A stretch of 64,000 nucleotides of DNA from an uncultured Burkholderiales bacterium (GTDB lineage: Bacteria > Pseudomonadota > Gammaproteobacteria > Burkholderiales > Burkholderiaceae_C). Both the position numbers and the translations under genes were made by a program. The stretch spans positions 32,514 to 96,513 of the forward strand of contig CAJBLW010000298.1 of the NCBI GenBank assembly GCA_903953985.1, written 5' to 3'. Under the pieces are notes generated by a model that was not told the DNA's origin, ran no database searches, and worked only from the letters and a program-made list of their open reading frames with translations. Below are positions 36,554-46,516 of this stretch, piece after piece. Position 1 is the first letter of the stretch, and the number at the start of each line of letters is the position of its first letter.

Positions 36554-37248
36554 AAATTGCCGTGATCCCTGCGCGCGGCGGCAGCAAACGCATTCCGCGC
36601 AAGAATATCAAACCGTTTGGCGGCAAGCCGATGATCGCGTACGCGATCGATATCGCCAAAGCCTCTGGCTTGTTTGATCGTGTTATCGTCAGCACCGACG
36701 ACGAAGAAATTGGCAGGATATCTCGTCAATATGGTGCCGAAACGCCGTTTGTGCGGACACCGGAACTGGCGGACGATCATACGCCCACGGTTCCCGTAAT
36801 TGCCCACGCCATTACCGCCTGCCAATCGCAGGGCTGGAATATCGAATTTGCTTGCTGCATATACCCGGGGGTGCCTTTTATCCAGGTGGATGATCTCAAA
36901 GCGGGATTTGAGTTGTTGAAGACCTCGGGCGCGAACTACAGCTTTCCTGTAACGGAGTTCCCTTCCGCAATTCAGCGAGGGCTTAAGCGAGGGCTAGACT
37001 CGCGCATGTTCCCCTTTACGCCCGAATTTGAACAGACCCGAACCCAAGATCTGGAGCAGGCTTATTACGACGCCGGCCAGTTCTATTGGGGTCGAGTTCA
37101 GGCCTGGCTGAGCACAAGCACGAGGTTGCATAGTGGTTCCGCCGGCCTTGTAATTCCACAATGGCGCGTTGTCGATATCGACACGAACGAAGATTGGGAA
37201 AGAGCTGAGTTGATTCACCGAGCGCTTCAAAGCGAGCTATCGAAATAG
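36550..37248 (+). CDS. pseF: Pseudaminic acid cytidylyltransferase
   Basis: IPARGGSKRIPRKNIK, RTQDLE..Y.DAGQFYWG. Confidence 0.9.
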   Translation: MKIAVIPARGGSKRIPRKNIKPFGGKPMIAYAIDIAKASGLFDRVIVSTDDEEIGRISRQYGAETPFVRTPELADDHTPTVPVIAHAITACQSQGWNIEFACCIYPGVPFIQVDDLKAGFELLKTSGANYSFPVTEFPSAIQRGLKRGLDSRMFPFTPEFEQTRTQDLEQAYYDAGQFYWGRVQAWLSTSTRLHSGSAGLVIPQWRVVDIDTNEDWERAELIHRALQSELSK

Positions 37249-39336
37249 ATGAAGGCACTCTTCCGCACCGATGCATCGCTGGAAATCGGCACTGGGCACG
37301 TCATGCGTTGTCTGACTCTGGCGGACGCGCTGCGTTTTCGCGGTTGCGAGAGTGTGTTTGTTTGCCGTGAGCACAATGGTCATCTTGGTGAACGGATTCG
37401 CCAGCGAGGACACGCAATTCACTTGCTGCCAAAGTCTACGCAGCCAAGGTCGCTGGATTCCTCCGACCAACCCCCGCATCTGGCATGGCTGGGGGCAGAT
37501 TGGGAGGTCGACGCAGAACAAACCGCTGTTCTGGCGCGATCAGCCGGTTTTGATCTGCTGGTCGTCGATCATTACGCACTGGATATCCGCTGGGAGCGCA
37601 AGTTGCGCCCGGTCTGTAAGCGCGTTCTCGTCATTGATGACGTCGCCGATCGTGAACATGATTGCGATTTTCTGCTCGATCAGAATTTGATTGCCGAGTT
37701 TGGTCATCGCTACGTCGGCAAAGTGCCCGCCGCGTGTGTGCAGATGCTGGGGCCTGCTTATGCCTTGCTGCAACCTCAATACGCCGAACTGCACGACAAG
37801 CTTCCCGTGCGCGAGGGAGCCGTTCGCCGCATCCTCATCTATTTTGGCGGGGCAGATGCTGACAACCTCACCGGTATGGCGATCTCCGCCTGTCTCGCGC
37901 TGCCGTGTCATGTTGACGTTGTGACCAATCCCAAGGGGCCTCATATCGAGGCGCTGAGGAAGCAGGTGCAGGGGCATGACCGGATTGTCCTGCATGAGGG
38001 CTTGCCCAGTCTGGCCGCACTTATGGCGAAAGCAGATTTGGCGATTGGCGCGGGCGGAGCGACCTCGTGGGAACGATGCTGTCTTGGCTTGCCTTGTCTG
38101 GTCATCACCTTGGCGGATAATCAAAAGCCGATCGCTGATGAGTTAAACCGCCAAGGCTTTATTCGATGGCTCGGACATAAGGACGCAGTTTCCGAGCGCC
38201 AGTTGAGCAAGGTGCTGAAGTCCCTTGTTGCGAACGGCATCAATCCAAGTTGGTCGGCACAATGCTGCGCCTTGGTGGATGGTCTTGGCGCTACGCGTGT
38301 TAGCGAAACCCTGACGGGGTTGGGGCGTTCCGATCTGATTGTGCGACCGGGAACACGCAAAGATCTATCGCGCTTGATGGCGGATGCTGGCGCGTGGTTT
38401 AGTCAGGCCTTGCGCGACGTAAGCGATTCCCGTGTCTATGTGGCCGAGACCCGCAGTGGCACACTGCTCGGCTGCGTGTTATTCCGCCGCGTTGCCGGCA
38501 AGTGGGAAAGCGCCTCGGGCTTCACCCAGATTGCTGGCTCGCCGTCACTTCGAGGCGCCATCATTAAAGCCGCGTTTCGTGGTCTGCGCGGTGACACGAA
38601 CGACTGCTTGAGTTTTGGCTCTGGTTGGACTGGGCCGGCAGTCGCCGGTTTGGCGTCGGCCATCGCCAAGACGAGCGTACGTAAAAGCCTTGCGATCACG
38701 CTTTGCTCCGACCGGGGAAGTTGGATCAACGACGCAATTCCCGAACTGGTCCTCGATTGCCTAGCTGCCGGACATCGCGTTACGTGGTCTCATTCCGCCG
38801 ACCAAGCGCCGGCCGGCGATCTGTGCTTCTATTTGAGCTATGGGCGTATTGTTGATCGCGAAGTGCGCTCCAAATACGCTCACAATCTCGTTGTCCACGA
38901 AAGCGATCTGCCCCAAGGGCGCGGCTGGGCACCGATGAGCTGGCAGATACTTGAAGGCGCATCCTCGATCACCGTGACCCTGCTGGAGGCCGAGGATGAT
39001 GTCGATGCGGGTGCGATTTATCTGCAAGACAAGATCGACCTGAGCGGCGACGAGTTGTGTGCGGATTGGCGGGCCTTGCAGGCGCGCAGCACTTTCAAGC
39101 TTTGTAGGGAATTCTTGGAGAACTATCCCGCCGTGTTAACGCACGCCCGACCGCAAACAGGAGATGCGACCTTCTATCAGCGTCGTCGGGCGGAAGACAG
39201 TCGCTTGAATCCGGACCTCAGTATCCGCGAACAATTCAATCTTTTCCGTATCGTGAATAATCAGGACTATCCGGCCTTCTTCGAGCTGAATGGCAAGCGC
39301 TATGTTTTGCGCATCGAAAAATCGGAGATTGCGTGA
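37249..39336 (+). CDS. pseG: PseG UDP-sugar hydrolase fused to a degenerate middle domain and a formyltransferase-like C-terminus
   Basis: FRTDAS..IGTGHVMRC, VDHY, GAGG.TSWERC; C-term VVHESDLPQGRGWAP, VDAGAIY, YPAFF. Confidence 0.85.
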   Translation: MKALFRTDASLEIGTGHVMRCLTLADALRFRGCESVFVCREHNGHLGERIRQRGHAIHLLPKSTQPRSLDSSDQPPHLAWLGADWEVDAEQTAVLARSAGFDLLVVDHYALDIRWERKLRPVCKRVLVIDDVADREHDCDFLLDQNLIAEFGHRYVGKVPAACVQMLGPAYALLQPQYAELHDKLPVREGAVRRILIYFGGADADNLTGMAISACLALPCHVDVVTNPKGPHIEALRKQVQGHDRIVLHEGLPSLAALMAKADLAIGAGGATSWERCCLGLPCLVITLADNQKPIADELNRQGFIRWLGHKDAVSERQLSKVLKSLVANGINPSWSAQCCALVDGLGATRVSETLTGLGRSDLIVRPGTRKDLSRLMADAGAWFSQALRDVSDSRVYVAETRSGTLLGCVLFRRVAGKWESASGFTQIAGSPSLRGAIIKAAFRGLRGDTNDCLSFGSGWTGPAVAGLASAIAKTSVRKSLAITLCSDRGSWINDAIPELVLDCLAAGHRVTWSHSADQAPAGDLCFYLSYGRIVDREVRSKYAHNLVVHESDLPQGRGWAPMSWQILEGASSITVTLLEAEDDVDAGAIYLQDKIDLSGDELCADWRALQARSTFKLCREFLENYPAVLTHARPQTGDATFYQRRRAEDSRLNPDLSIREQFNLFRIVNNQDYPAFFELNGKRYVLRIEKSEIA

Positions 39337-40004
39337 GCAATTACATCGTTGCTAGTTGTCGGGAATGGCATCGTTCGGCATTCGAGCATTTTGCAAAGAA
39401 TGCGCCGGGACAATGGCGTTATGTGAATTCGGACGAGTCCTTGGTGGCTGCGCTGGCCGTCATGGCGCCGCGCTATATTTTCTTTCTTCATTGGAGCGCC
39501 TTGGTTCCAGTGGAGATTTTTGAAAAATACGAGTGCGTTTGTTTCCATATGACGGACGTTCCTTATGGCCGCGGCGGCAGTCCGCTGCAGAATCTGATTG
39601 CGGCAGGTCAAACCGAGACAATGGTTTCAGCCTTGCGTATGGAAAAAGAGCTCGATGCAGGGCCTGTATACGGCAAGCGCCCGATGTCGTTGGCGGGTCG
39701 CGCCGAGGAAATTTACCTGCGTGCCGGCGATGTCTGCTGGGACATGATCCAGTGGATGGTTGCCGATGAGCCGACACCGGCGCCGCAGCAAGGTGAAGCG
39801 ACAGTGTTCCGGCGCCGCACTCCCGACCAGAGCGAGTTACCCGGACAGGGGGACTTGCATCGGTTGTTTGACCACATACGCATGTTGGATGCTCCTGGCT
39901 ATCCTTTGGCATTTATCCAGTACGGAGATTTTCGTCTCGAGTTCAGCCACGCTGAGCTCGACGGAAACGAGCTGTGTGCGCGGGTGAGTATTCGCAAAAC
40001 CTGA
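39333..40004 (+). CDS. Formyltransferase-family protein
   Basis: FHMTDVPYGRGGSPLQNLI, LDAGPVY, IRMLDAPGYP. Confidence 0.82.
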   Translation: MSNYIVASCREWHRSAFEHFAKNAPGQWRYVNSDESLVAALAVMAPRYIFFLHWSALVPVEIFEKYECVCFHMTDVPYGRGGSPLQNLIAAGQTETMVSALRMEKELDAGPVYGKRPMSLAGRAEEIYLRAGDVCWDMIQWMVADEPTPAPQQGEATVFRRRTPDQSELPGQGDLHRLFDHIRMLDAPGYPLAFIQYGDFRLEFSHAELDGNELCARVSIRKT

Positions 40005-40020
40005 GTTCGACGGGAAGCTT

Positions 40021-40689
40021 ATGACCAAGAAAATACTTGTAGTCGCCGCGCATACCGATGACGAGGCTCTGGGATGTGGCGGCACCATCGCCAAGCATGT
40101 GGCGGCCGGCGGTATCGTCTATGCGCTGATTATGACCGATGGCGTTGCTTCGCGCGGCACGTCTGAGGGCGAGGCCGAACGTCGCCGTGAGGCGGCTGCG
40201 GCTGCAGCGCACATCCTTGGTTTGCGCGAAAGCATACAGCTGGCATTTCCCGATAACCGCATGGACAGCGTTGCGCTATTGGATATCGTGCAAGCTGTGG
40301 AAGATGTCGTGCGCAAGCTGCAGCCGGAAATCATTTACACCCATCACGCTGGTGATTTGAACGTTGATCACCGTGTGACGCATGAGGCAGTCATGACGGT
40401 ATGCCGCCCCTTGCCGGGCTCTTCGGTAAAGGAAATCTACGCATTCGAAGTGCTGTCCAGCACTGAATGGGCAAGCCCCGCGCAGAAGCCCTTCTTGCCT
40501 AATGTGTATGTCGACATCAGCGAGTTTGTGGAAGTGAAACGCCGCGCGTTGGAGGCTTATGCCGACGAAATGCGCGCTGCGCCACACTCCAGAAACGCCG
40601 CACATGTCAAAAGCTTGGGCGAGCATCGTGGCAATACCGTCGGAACGACGGCGGCTGAAGCATTCGAAGCCATTCGAATCATCAAATAG
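40021..40689 (+). CDS. PIG-L/LmbE family de-N-acetylase
   Basis: AHTDDE.LG.GG, D..VDH, AEAF. Confidence 0.88.
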   Translation: MTKKILVVAAHTDDEALGCGGTIAKHVAAGGIVYALIMTDGVASRGTSEGEAERRREAAAAAAHILGLRESIQLAFPDNRMDSVALLDIVQAVEDVVRKLQPEIIYTHHAGDLNVDHRVTHEAVMTVCRPLPGSSVKEIYAFEVLSSTEWASPAQKPFLPNVYVDISEFVEVKRRALEAYADEMRAAPHSRNAAHVKSLGEHRGNTVGTTAAEAFEAIRIIK

Positions 40690-40700
40690 GATAGGCAATC

Positions 40701-41759
40701 ATGAGTTTCATCATAGAGGGACGCGCCATTGGGGTCGATCAGCCGCCCTATATCATCGCCGAGCTTTCCGCTAACCATAATGGCTCGCTAGAGCGCGCGC
40801 TGGAAACGATAGACGCTGCATATCGCTTCGGTGCGGATGCCATCAAGTTGCAGACGTACACCGCGGACACCATGACCATCGATTGTGATGCGAGCGACTT
40901 TCTGATTAAGGGCGGTCCGTGGGACGGCTACAAACTCTACGATCTGTATAAATGGGCGCAGACACCGTTTGAGTGGCACCAGGCGATGTTCGAGCACGCG
41001 CGCAAGCTGGGCATCACGGTGTTCTCGACGCCTTTCGACGAAACGGCGGTCGACCTGCTGGAGCGCCTGAATGCGCCGGCCTACAAGATCGCATCTTTCG
41101 AACTGACGGATCTGCCTTTGATTCGCTATGTCGCTGCTACGGGTAAGCCCATCATCATGTCCACCGGCCTGTCCAGCGAGCTGGAAATCGAAGAAGCGGT
41201 GACGGCGGCGCGCGAGGCGGGTTGCAAGCAGTTGCTGGTTCTGCATTGTGTGAGCAGTTATCCAGCGCCGATAGATCAGGCAAACCTGCGTCAGATTCCC
41301 GAATTGGCCAGACGCTTCGATGTGGCGACGGGTCTTTCCGATCACACGCTGGGAACAACGGCTTCAGTTGCCTCCATCGCCTTCGGTGCGGTGGCGATCG
41401 AGAAGCACTTTACTTTGAGCCGCGCCGACAAAGGGCCGGATAGCGAGTTTTCCCTGGAGCCGCATGAGTTGGAGCGTCTCTGTCGCGAGACCAAAGATGC
41501 TTGGTCGGCGTTGGGCAAAGTAGGCTACGCGCGACAAAAGGCGGAAGAGGGCAGCCATGTATTCCGCCGCTCGATTTACTTTGTGCGCGATCTTCCCGCT
41601 GGCGCGATTGTCGGGCCGCAGGACATACGCCGCATTCGCCCCGGCATGGGTTTGGCGCCCAAATACTTCGACAGTTTGATCGGCAAGCGTCTGAAGGTCG
41701 CCGTGACGCGAGGCAAGGCGACTGCCCGCGAACAGTTCGAAAATTGGACCGAAGCGTAG
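40701..41759 (+). CDS. pseI: Pseudaminic acid synthase
   Basis: IAELSANHNGS, KLQTYTADT, YKIASFE, GLSDHTLG, SAF tail. Confidence 0.92.
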   Translation: MSFIIEGRAIGVDQPPYIIAELSANHNGSLERALETIDAAYRFGADAIKLQTYTADTMTIDCDASDFLIKGGPWDGYKLYDLYKWAQTPFEWHQAMFEHARKLGITVFSTPFDETAVDLLERLNAPAYKIASFELTDLPLIRYVAATGKPIIMSTGLSSELEIEEAVTAAREAGCKQLLVLHCVSSYPAPIDQANLRQIPELARRFDVATGLSDHTLGTTASVASIAFGAVAIEKHFTLSRADKGPDSEFSLEPHELERLCRETKDAWSALGKVGYARQKAEEGSHVFRRSIYFVRDLPAGAIVGPQDIRRIRPGMGLAPKYFDSLIGKRLKVAVTRGKATAREQFENWTEA

Positions 41760-41772
41760 GGCTGTTGAACAT

Positions 41773-42741
41773 ATGAGTTGGAATGCGCTAATTGTTGGTT
41801 TGGGTCAAATAGGAATGGGCTATGACCTGTCTTTGGCTCCAGAAACTTTTGTGTATTCGCATGCCCGCGCTTTGAGCCTTCATTCCGAATTCAATCTGAT
41901 CGGCGCGGTTGATCCGGGTGTGGAGGAGAGAGAGTCTTTTCAAAAATCCTATCAGGTGCCCGCCTATGCAAGCTTGAAGCAGATGTTGGAGCAGCATGCG
42001 CCGGATCTTGCGGTGATCGCGTCACCAACGATGACGCATTACGACGCAGTGCGTGACTTGTTAAGCGGTACGCCGCCGCGAGCGATTCTCTGCGAAAAGC
42101 CTTTGGCTTACAGTTTGGATGATGCGCGCGAGATGCTGGCCTTGTGCGCAGAAAAGAAAGTCAGTCTGTACGTGAATTACATGCGCCGTTCCGAGCCCGG
42201 CGCCTTGGAAGTAAAGCGCCGTATCCACAGCGGAGAAGTCGCCGGCCCCTTGAAGGGCGTTGCCTGGTATTCAAAGGGCTTCCTGCATAACGGATCGCAC
42301 TTTTTCAACCTGCTTGAAGATTGGTTGGGCGCGATGCAAGGCTTCGAGCTGATTTCAGCGGGCAGAGATCTGGCCGGCGGCGATGCGGAGCCGGATGTGC
42401 ATGTGAGCTTTAGAAACGGAGACGTGACGTTTCTTGCCGCCAAAGACGAAAACTTCTCGCATAACAGCATAGAGCTGCTTGCAGCCAACGGACGGCTGCG
42501 CTACGAGAATGGCGGGCGACGAATCGAATGGAGCGCCGCCGGCACCGACGAGAATCTGAAGGTATATAAATTCCTGGCGGCGAATGCCGCGGAAATACCG
42601 TCAGACCTCAATCGTTATCAACATCATGTGGTCCAGCAGTTGGCGCAGGCGCTTAAAGGACAACAGGCGCAGTTGTGCGACGGAATGTCGGGACTGCAAA
42701 CCCTGGAAGCAATGCATTCGATATTGGAAAGCAGAGTATGA
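41773..42741 (+). CDS. Gfo/Idh/MocA oxidoreductase
   Basis: GLGQIG, CEKP, NYMRR, HNGSH. Confidence 0.85.
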   Translation: MSWNALIVGLGQIGMGYDLSLAPETFVYSHARALSLHSEFNLIGAVDPGVEERESFQKSYQVPAYASLKQMLEQHAPDLAVIASPTMTHYDAVRDLLSGTPPRAILCEKPLAYSLDDAREMLALCAEKKVSLYVNYMRRSEPGALEVKRRIHSGEVAGPLKGVAWYSKGFLHNGSHFFNLLEDWLGAMQGFELISAGRDLAGGDAEPDVHVSFRNGDVTFLAAKDENFSHNSIELLAANGRLRYENGGRRIEWSAAGTDENLKVYKFLAANAAEIPSDLNRYQHHVVQQLAQALKGQQAQLCDGMSGLQTLEAMHSILESRV

Positions 42742-44033
42742 GTAAAGAAAAACTGGCGATTTTGGGCGGCGATAAGACGATAGGCACGCCGTTCAAGCGA
42801 TACAACCCGATTGGCGCTGAGGAGGTCGATGCTGCCAAGGCGGTTATCGAGAGCGGCGTTCTTTCGCAGTTTCTGGGCACCTGGCATGCCGATTTTTATG
42901 GTGGGCCCAAGGTTCAGGAATTCGAACGCATGTTAGAAACCTACTTCGACGTCAAGCACGCGGTGACTGTCAATTCCTGGACGTCGGGTCTGGTCGCGGC
43001 GGTTGGGGCCATCGGCATCGAACCCGGCGACGAAGTAATCGTGACCCCCTGGACCATGTGTGCAAGCGCTACTGCAATCTTGCAGTGGAATGCGATCCCG
43101 GTTTTCGCCGACATTGAGCCGACTACCTTCTGCCTTGATCCTGCATCGGTCGAAGCCAACATTACGCCATATACCAAGGCCATCATGGCGGTTGATATTC
43201 TGGGGCACTCCGCCAACATGGATGCCCTGATGGCTATCGCGAAAAAACACGGCTTGAAGGTCATATCCGATACGGCCCAGGCACCCGGAACTTTCTACAA
43301 AGGCAAGATGACCGGCACGCTTGCAGATGTTGGCGGATACAGCCTGAACTACCACAAGCACATCCATACAGGCGAAGGCGGCATTCTGGTTACTAACGAC
43401 GACGAGATTGCTGAGCGGCTGCGCCTTATCCGCAACCATGCGGAGGCCGTTGTGGGGCCCAAAGGTGAAACCAACCTAGTGAATATGATCGGTAACAATT
43501 TCCGCTTGGGCGAAATTGAGTGCGCGATCGGTATCGAGCAGCTCAAGAAGCTGAAGGGCTTCGTGGAAGGGCGCCAGCATGCAGCAGCACGGCTTAATGC
43601 GGGACTACAGGGGCTTCCGGGCCTGCGTACGCCCTCAGTCGAGCCTGAATGCACACACGCCTACTACATGTATCCCATGGTATTAGACGTCGACAAGCTC
43701 GGCGTGTCGCGCTCAGTGATTATTAAGGCCCTTGAGGCGGAAGGGGTGATTGGTCTGGCCAGTGGCTACGCAAACATTCATATGTTGCCGATGTATCAGA
43801 ATAAGACCGCATATGGCTCAAGCGGTTTCCCGTGGAGCTCGGAAATTTGTCGCCGAGAGGTTACTTATGCCCATGGCATCTGTCCGGTGGCAGAAGAACT
43901 GCACGAGAGGACCTATATCGGATTCGCGATGTGCATGCACGAACTTGACGAGGAGGAGGTCGAGTTGATGGTGACGGCCTTCAAGAAGGTTTGGGCGAAT
44001 CTGGATTCGCTCCGTAGTCACGTCGACCAATGA
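42738..44033 (+). CDS. DegT/DnrJ/EryC1/StrS PLP aminotransferase
   Basis: DTAQAPG, SLNYHKHIHTGEGG, GNNFR. Confidence 0.9.
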   Translation: MSKEKLAILGGDKTIGTPFKRYNPIGAEEVDAAKAVIESGVLSQFLGTWHADFYGGPKVQEFERMLETYFDVKHAVTVNSWTSGLVAAVGAIGIEPGDEVIVTPWTMCASATAILQWNAIPVFADIEPTTFCLDPASVEANITPYTKAIMAVDILGHSANMDALMAIAKKHGLKVISDTAQAPGTFYKGKMTGTLADVGGYSLNYHKHIHTGEGGILVTNDDEIAERLRLIRNHAEAVVGPKGETNLVNMIGNNFRLGEIECAIGIEQLKKLKGFVEGRQHAAARLNAGLQGLPGLRTPSVEPECTHAYYMYPMVLDVDKLGVSRSVIIKALEAEGVIGLASGYANIHMLPMYQNKTAYGSSGFPWSSEICRREVTYAHGICPVAEELHERTYIGFAMCMHELDEEEVELMVTAFKKVWANLDSLRSHVDQ

Positions 44034-44566
44034 AGCTCGCCAACATTATGAAGTCTTTGTATGGGCAGAAGGTGGAGCTCCGACCCTTTGCCGAGGCTGA
44101 TATCACTCCCGATTACATCGCTTGGCTTAACGATCCGGTTGTAACCCGATTCAGCAACCAGCGTTTCCTAAAGCACAATGAGGAGAGCAGCCGTGCCTAT
44201 CTTGCGACCTTTGCCGACAGCGACAACCTCTTCATTTGCATTGTTAACCGTGATGACGGGCGCGTGGTCGGCACCATGACTGCTTATATCAATCGCCACC
44301 ACAAAACCGCCGATATCGGATTGATGGTCGGCGACTCGTCGGCATGGGGCAAGGGTTTCGGGCAGGATGCCTGGAACACGCTTGGCGAATGGCTGCTCAA
44401 GGATGTCGGTATACGCAAACTCACCGCCGGCACTGCGGCAGGCAATGCCGCCATGGTGCGCATCATGGAGCGATTTGGTATGCAGCACGAAGCGACCCGC
44501 CGTGGGCAGGAGCTGATAGACGGTCAGCCGCATGACCTTGTTTACTACGCGAAATTCGGTGGCTGA
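44030..44566 (+). CDS. GNAT (RimJ/RimL-type) N-acyltransferase
   Basis: WLNDP, WGKGFG acetyl-CoA motif, N.AM....ERFGM..E. Confidence 0.82.
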   Translation: MKLANIMKSLYGQKVELRPFAEADITPDYIAWLNDPVVTRFSNQRFLKHNEESSRAYLATFADSDNLFICIVNRDDGRVVGTMTAYINRHHKTADIGLMVGDSSAWGKGFGQDAWNTLGEWLLKDVGIRKLTAGTAAGNAAMVRIMERFGMQHEATRRGQELIDGQPHDLVYYAKFGG

Positions 44567-45434
44567 ACTCTCCTCGCCCACTGCTGTTGTGTGCCATGAC
44601 GCCGGCGCGGCCAATATCATCCAGGCGTTGATGGCGGCGCGGCCGTCACATGATTGGCGGCCTGCCATGTTCGGGCCGGCAGCAAGAAGCTGGCATGAGC
44701 TGGGTCTCGCCACGCCGAGTTTTCCCGATGTGGAGTCGGCCTTGGATGGGGCGGCGGTGCTGCTCTCCGGAACCGGCTGGTCCAGCGATGTTGAGCATCA
44801 AGCGCGCAAGCTTGCCAGCGCAAAAGGCATACCAAACGTAGCAGTGCTTGATCATTGGGTTAACTATAAAGAGCGTTTTTTGCGCGATGGCGAATTGGTT
44901 TTGCCGGACGAAATTTATGTGACAGATGAATACGCCTTGAGTGAGGCGAGGAAAACGTTTCCATCTATCTCGATTAGGCAGCATGAGAATCTCTATATTG
45001 CGAAGCAGTTGTCCGAGTTAGTCCGATTGAAGGGCAAGGCCGAGGAGGTGCTTTATCTGCTTGAACCGATACGCTCCGATTGGCCGCGTCATGAGGCGGG
45101 CGAATTTGAGGCCCTTAAATATTTTCTAGAGCACTGGGACAGGCTAATGATTCCGTCAGATGCCACCCTTCGTCTGCGGCCACATCCTTCCGAGTCGCCA
45201 AACAAATATATCGAATGGCTAGCATACAATCCAAGCCAAAATCGACGTATCGTAATAGACGAAAATCGTAGCCTCGCGAATGCAATGGCGCATGCGCGTT
45301 GGGTTGTGGGCTGCGAAACCAATGCAATGGTGGTGGCGCTTTATGCGGGCTGCAAAGTGATCTCAACTTTGCCGCCTTGGGCTCCACGATGTAGGCTTCC
45401 CCATTTGGGTATAGTTCACCTAAGAGACATATAG
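44532..45434 (+). CDS. Hypothetical GT-B-like protein, candidate ulosonyl transferase (start may be GTG 44559)
   Basis: HDAGAAN, LDHW.NY..RF, LRPHPSE; context. Confidence 0.5.
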   Translation: MTLFTTRNSVAELSSPTAVVCHDAGAANIIQALMAARPSHDWRPAMFGPAARSWHELGLATPSFPDVESALDGAAVLLSGTGWSSDVEHQARKLASAKGIPNVAVLDHWVNYKERFLRDGELVLPDEIYVTDEYALSEARKTFPSISIRQHENLYIAKQLSELVRLKGKAEEVLYLLEPIRSDWPRHEAGEFEALKYFLEHWDRLMIPSDATLRLRPHPSESPNKYIEWLAYNPSQNRRIVIDENRSLANAMAHARWVVGCETNAMVVALYAGCKVISTLPPWAPRCRLPHLGIVHLRDI

Positions 45435-45486
45435 CTGTCACCAAGAGAACAATAATTATCTTTGGATTTATAAATGGAAGTACATA

Positions 45487-46368
45487 ATGAATAATATCGG
45501 TGTTGGCAAATATTTATATTTAGCCCTTGTCGCTAAAGATTTTTTTAGAAATATTTTACTTTATGTTAAGCGAAGATTAATCAAGCGGGCAATTAGAAGC
45601 GTTACGTTGACTCGTCATGAATATGACGAAGGCGCGTGGCAATCGATTTTTGCTGAAAGGGCGTGGGAGTCTTTTGACTCCTTGGAAGACTATGTTTGTG
45701 CGAAAAATGATAGCAGGAAGATAGTGTGTCTTATCGACGGAAAAATAAGCAAAGTCACGGCAGGTGAATATTATCGTTTTAGGCGCGACAATCTAGCAAC
45801 TTTGTTGTCTGGATGGGTGGATGCTCAGCAAGAGCTCATTGAATTGGGATGCGGATATGGCATAAATTTGTTTTCCCTTATCGGAACCGCTGCTCAACCA
45901 AAGTATATGGTTGGAATGGATGTGTCGGAAAAGGGATTGACGGCTGGTGGACAGATTGCTGGCTATTTCAATATTGATAATGTCGAGTTTTTGAATATAG
46001 ATTTGCTTGATGTTAATCATAAAAATATGGCAATAATCAATGGTAAGACCGTTTTTACATATTATTGTCTTGAGCAGTTGGGTAATTATATGGATCAAGT
46101 TTTGGATAACCTGATTAAAGCCAAGCCAAAGCGTGTTATTCATATCGAGCCAACTAGGGAAATTCTCGATCCATCGATCCTGCTTGATCTAAATTCAATT
46201 ATTTATTCCCATTCCATGGATTATCCCAGTACCCTAATTGCGGGTCTCAAAGCTAGAGAGGAAGTGCAAGAATTGAAAATATTAAAAATTGAGAAGAGAG
46301 TGTTTGCGCCAACTCTACGTCACTATCCGGCTTTTATTGTTTGGGAGCCACGGGAATCTGGCTCATAG
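45487..46368 (+). CDS. Class I SAM-dependent methyltransferase
   Basis: IELGCGYG motif I, GMDVS, T.Y.LEQ, HIEP; AT-rich. Confidence 0.72.
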   Translation: MNNIGVGKYLYLALVAKDFFRNILLYVKRRLIKRAIRSVTLTRHEYDEGAWQSIFAERAWESFDSLEDYVCAKNDSRKIVCLIDGKISKVTAGEYYRFRRDNLATLLSGWVDAQQELIELGCGYGINLFSLIGTAAQPKYMVGMDVSEKGLTAGGQIAGYFNIDNVEFLNIDLLDVNHKNMAIINGKTVFTYYCLEQLGNYMDQVLDNLIKAKPKRVIHIEPTREILDPSILLDLNSIIYSHSMDYPSTLIAGLKAREEVQELKILKIEKRVFAPTLRHYPAFIVWEPRESGS

Positions 46369-46516
46369 TCAATGTCCGGTAGTTCTAATAGTCAATATGT
46401 ACAACGCTTTACTTGACTTTTCTTTCCAGACAGATTTGATTGATCAGCGGGTGAGGTTCGGAGTATTACGAAAACTGAATCAGGTTAATGATATTGATCC
46501 AAGTTGAAAGAAATCG

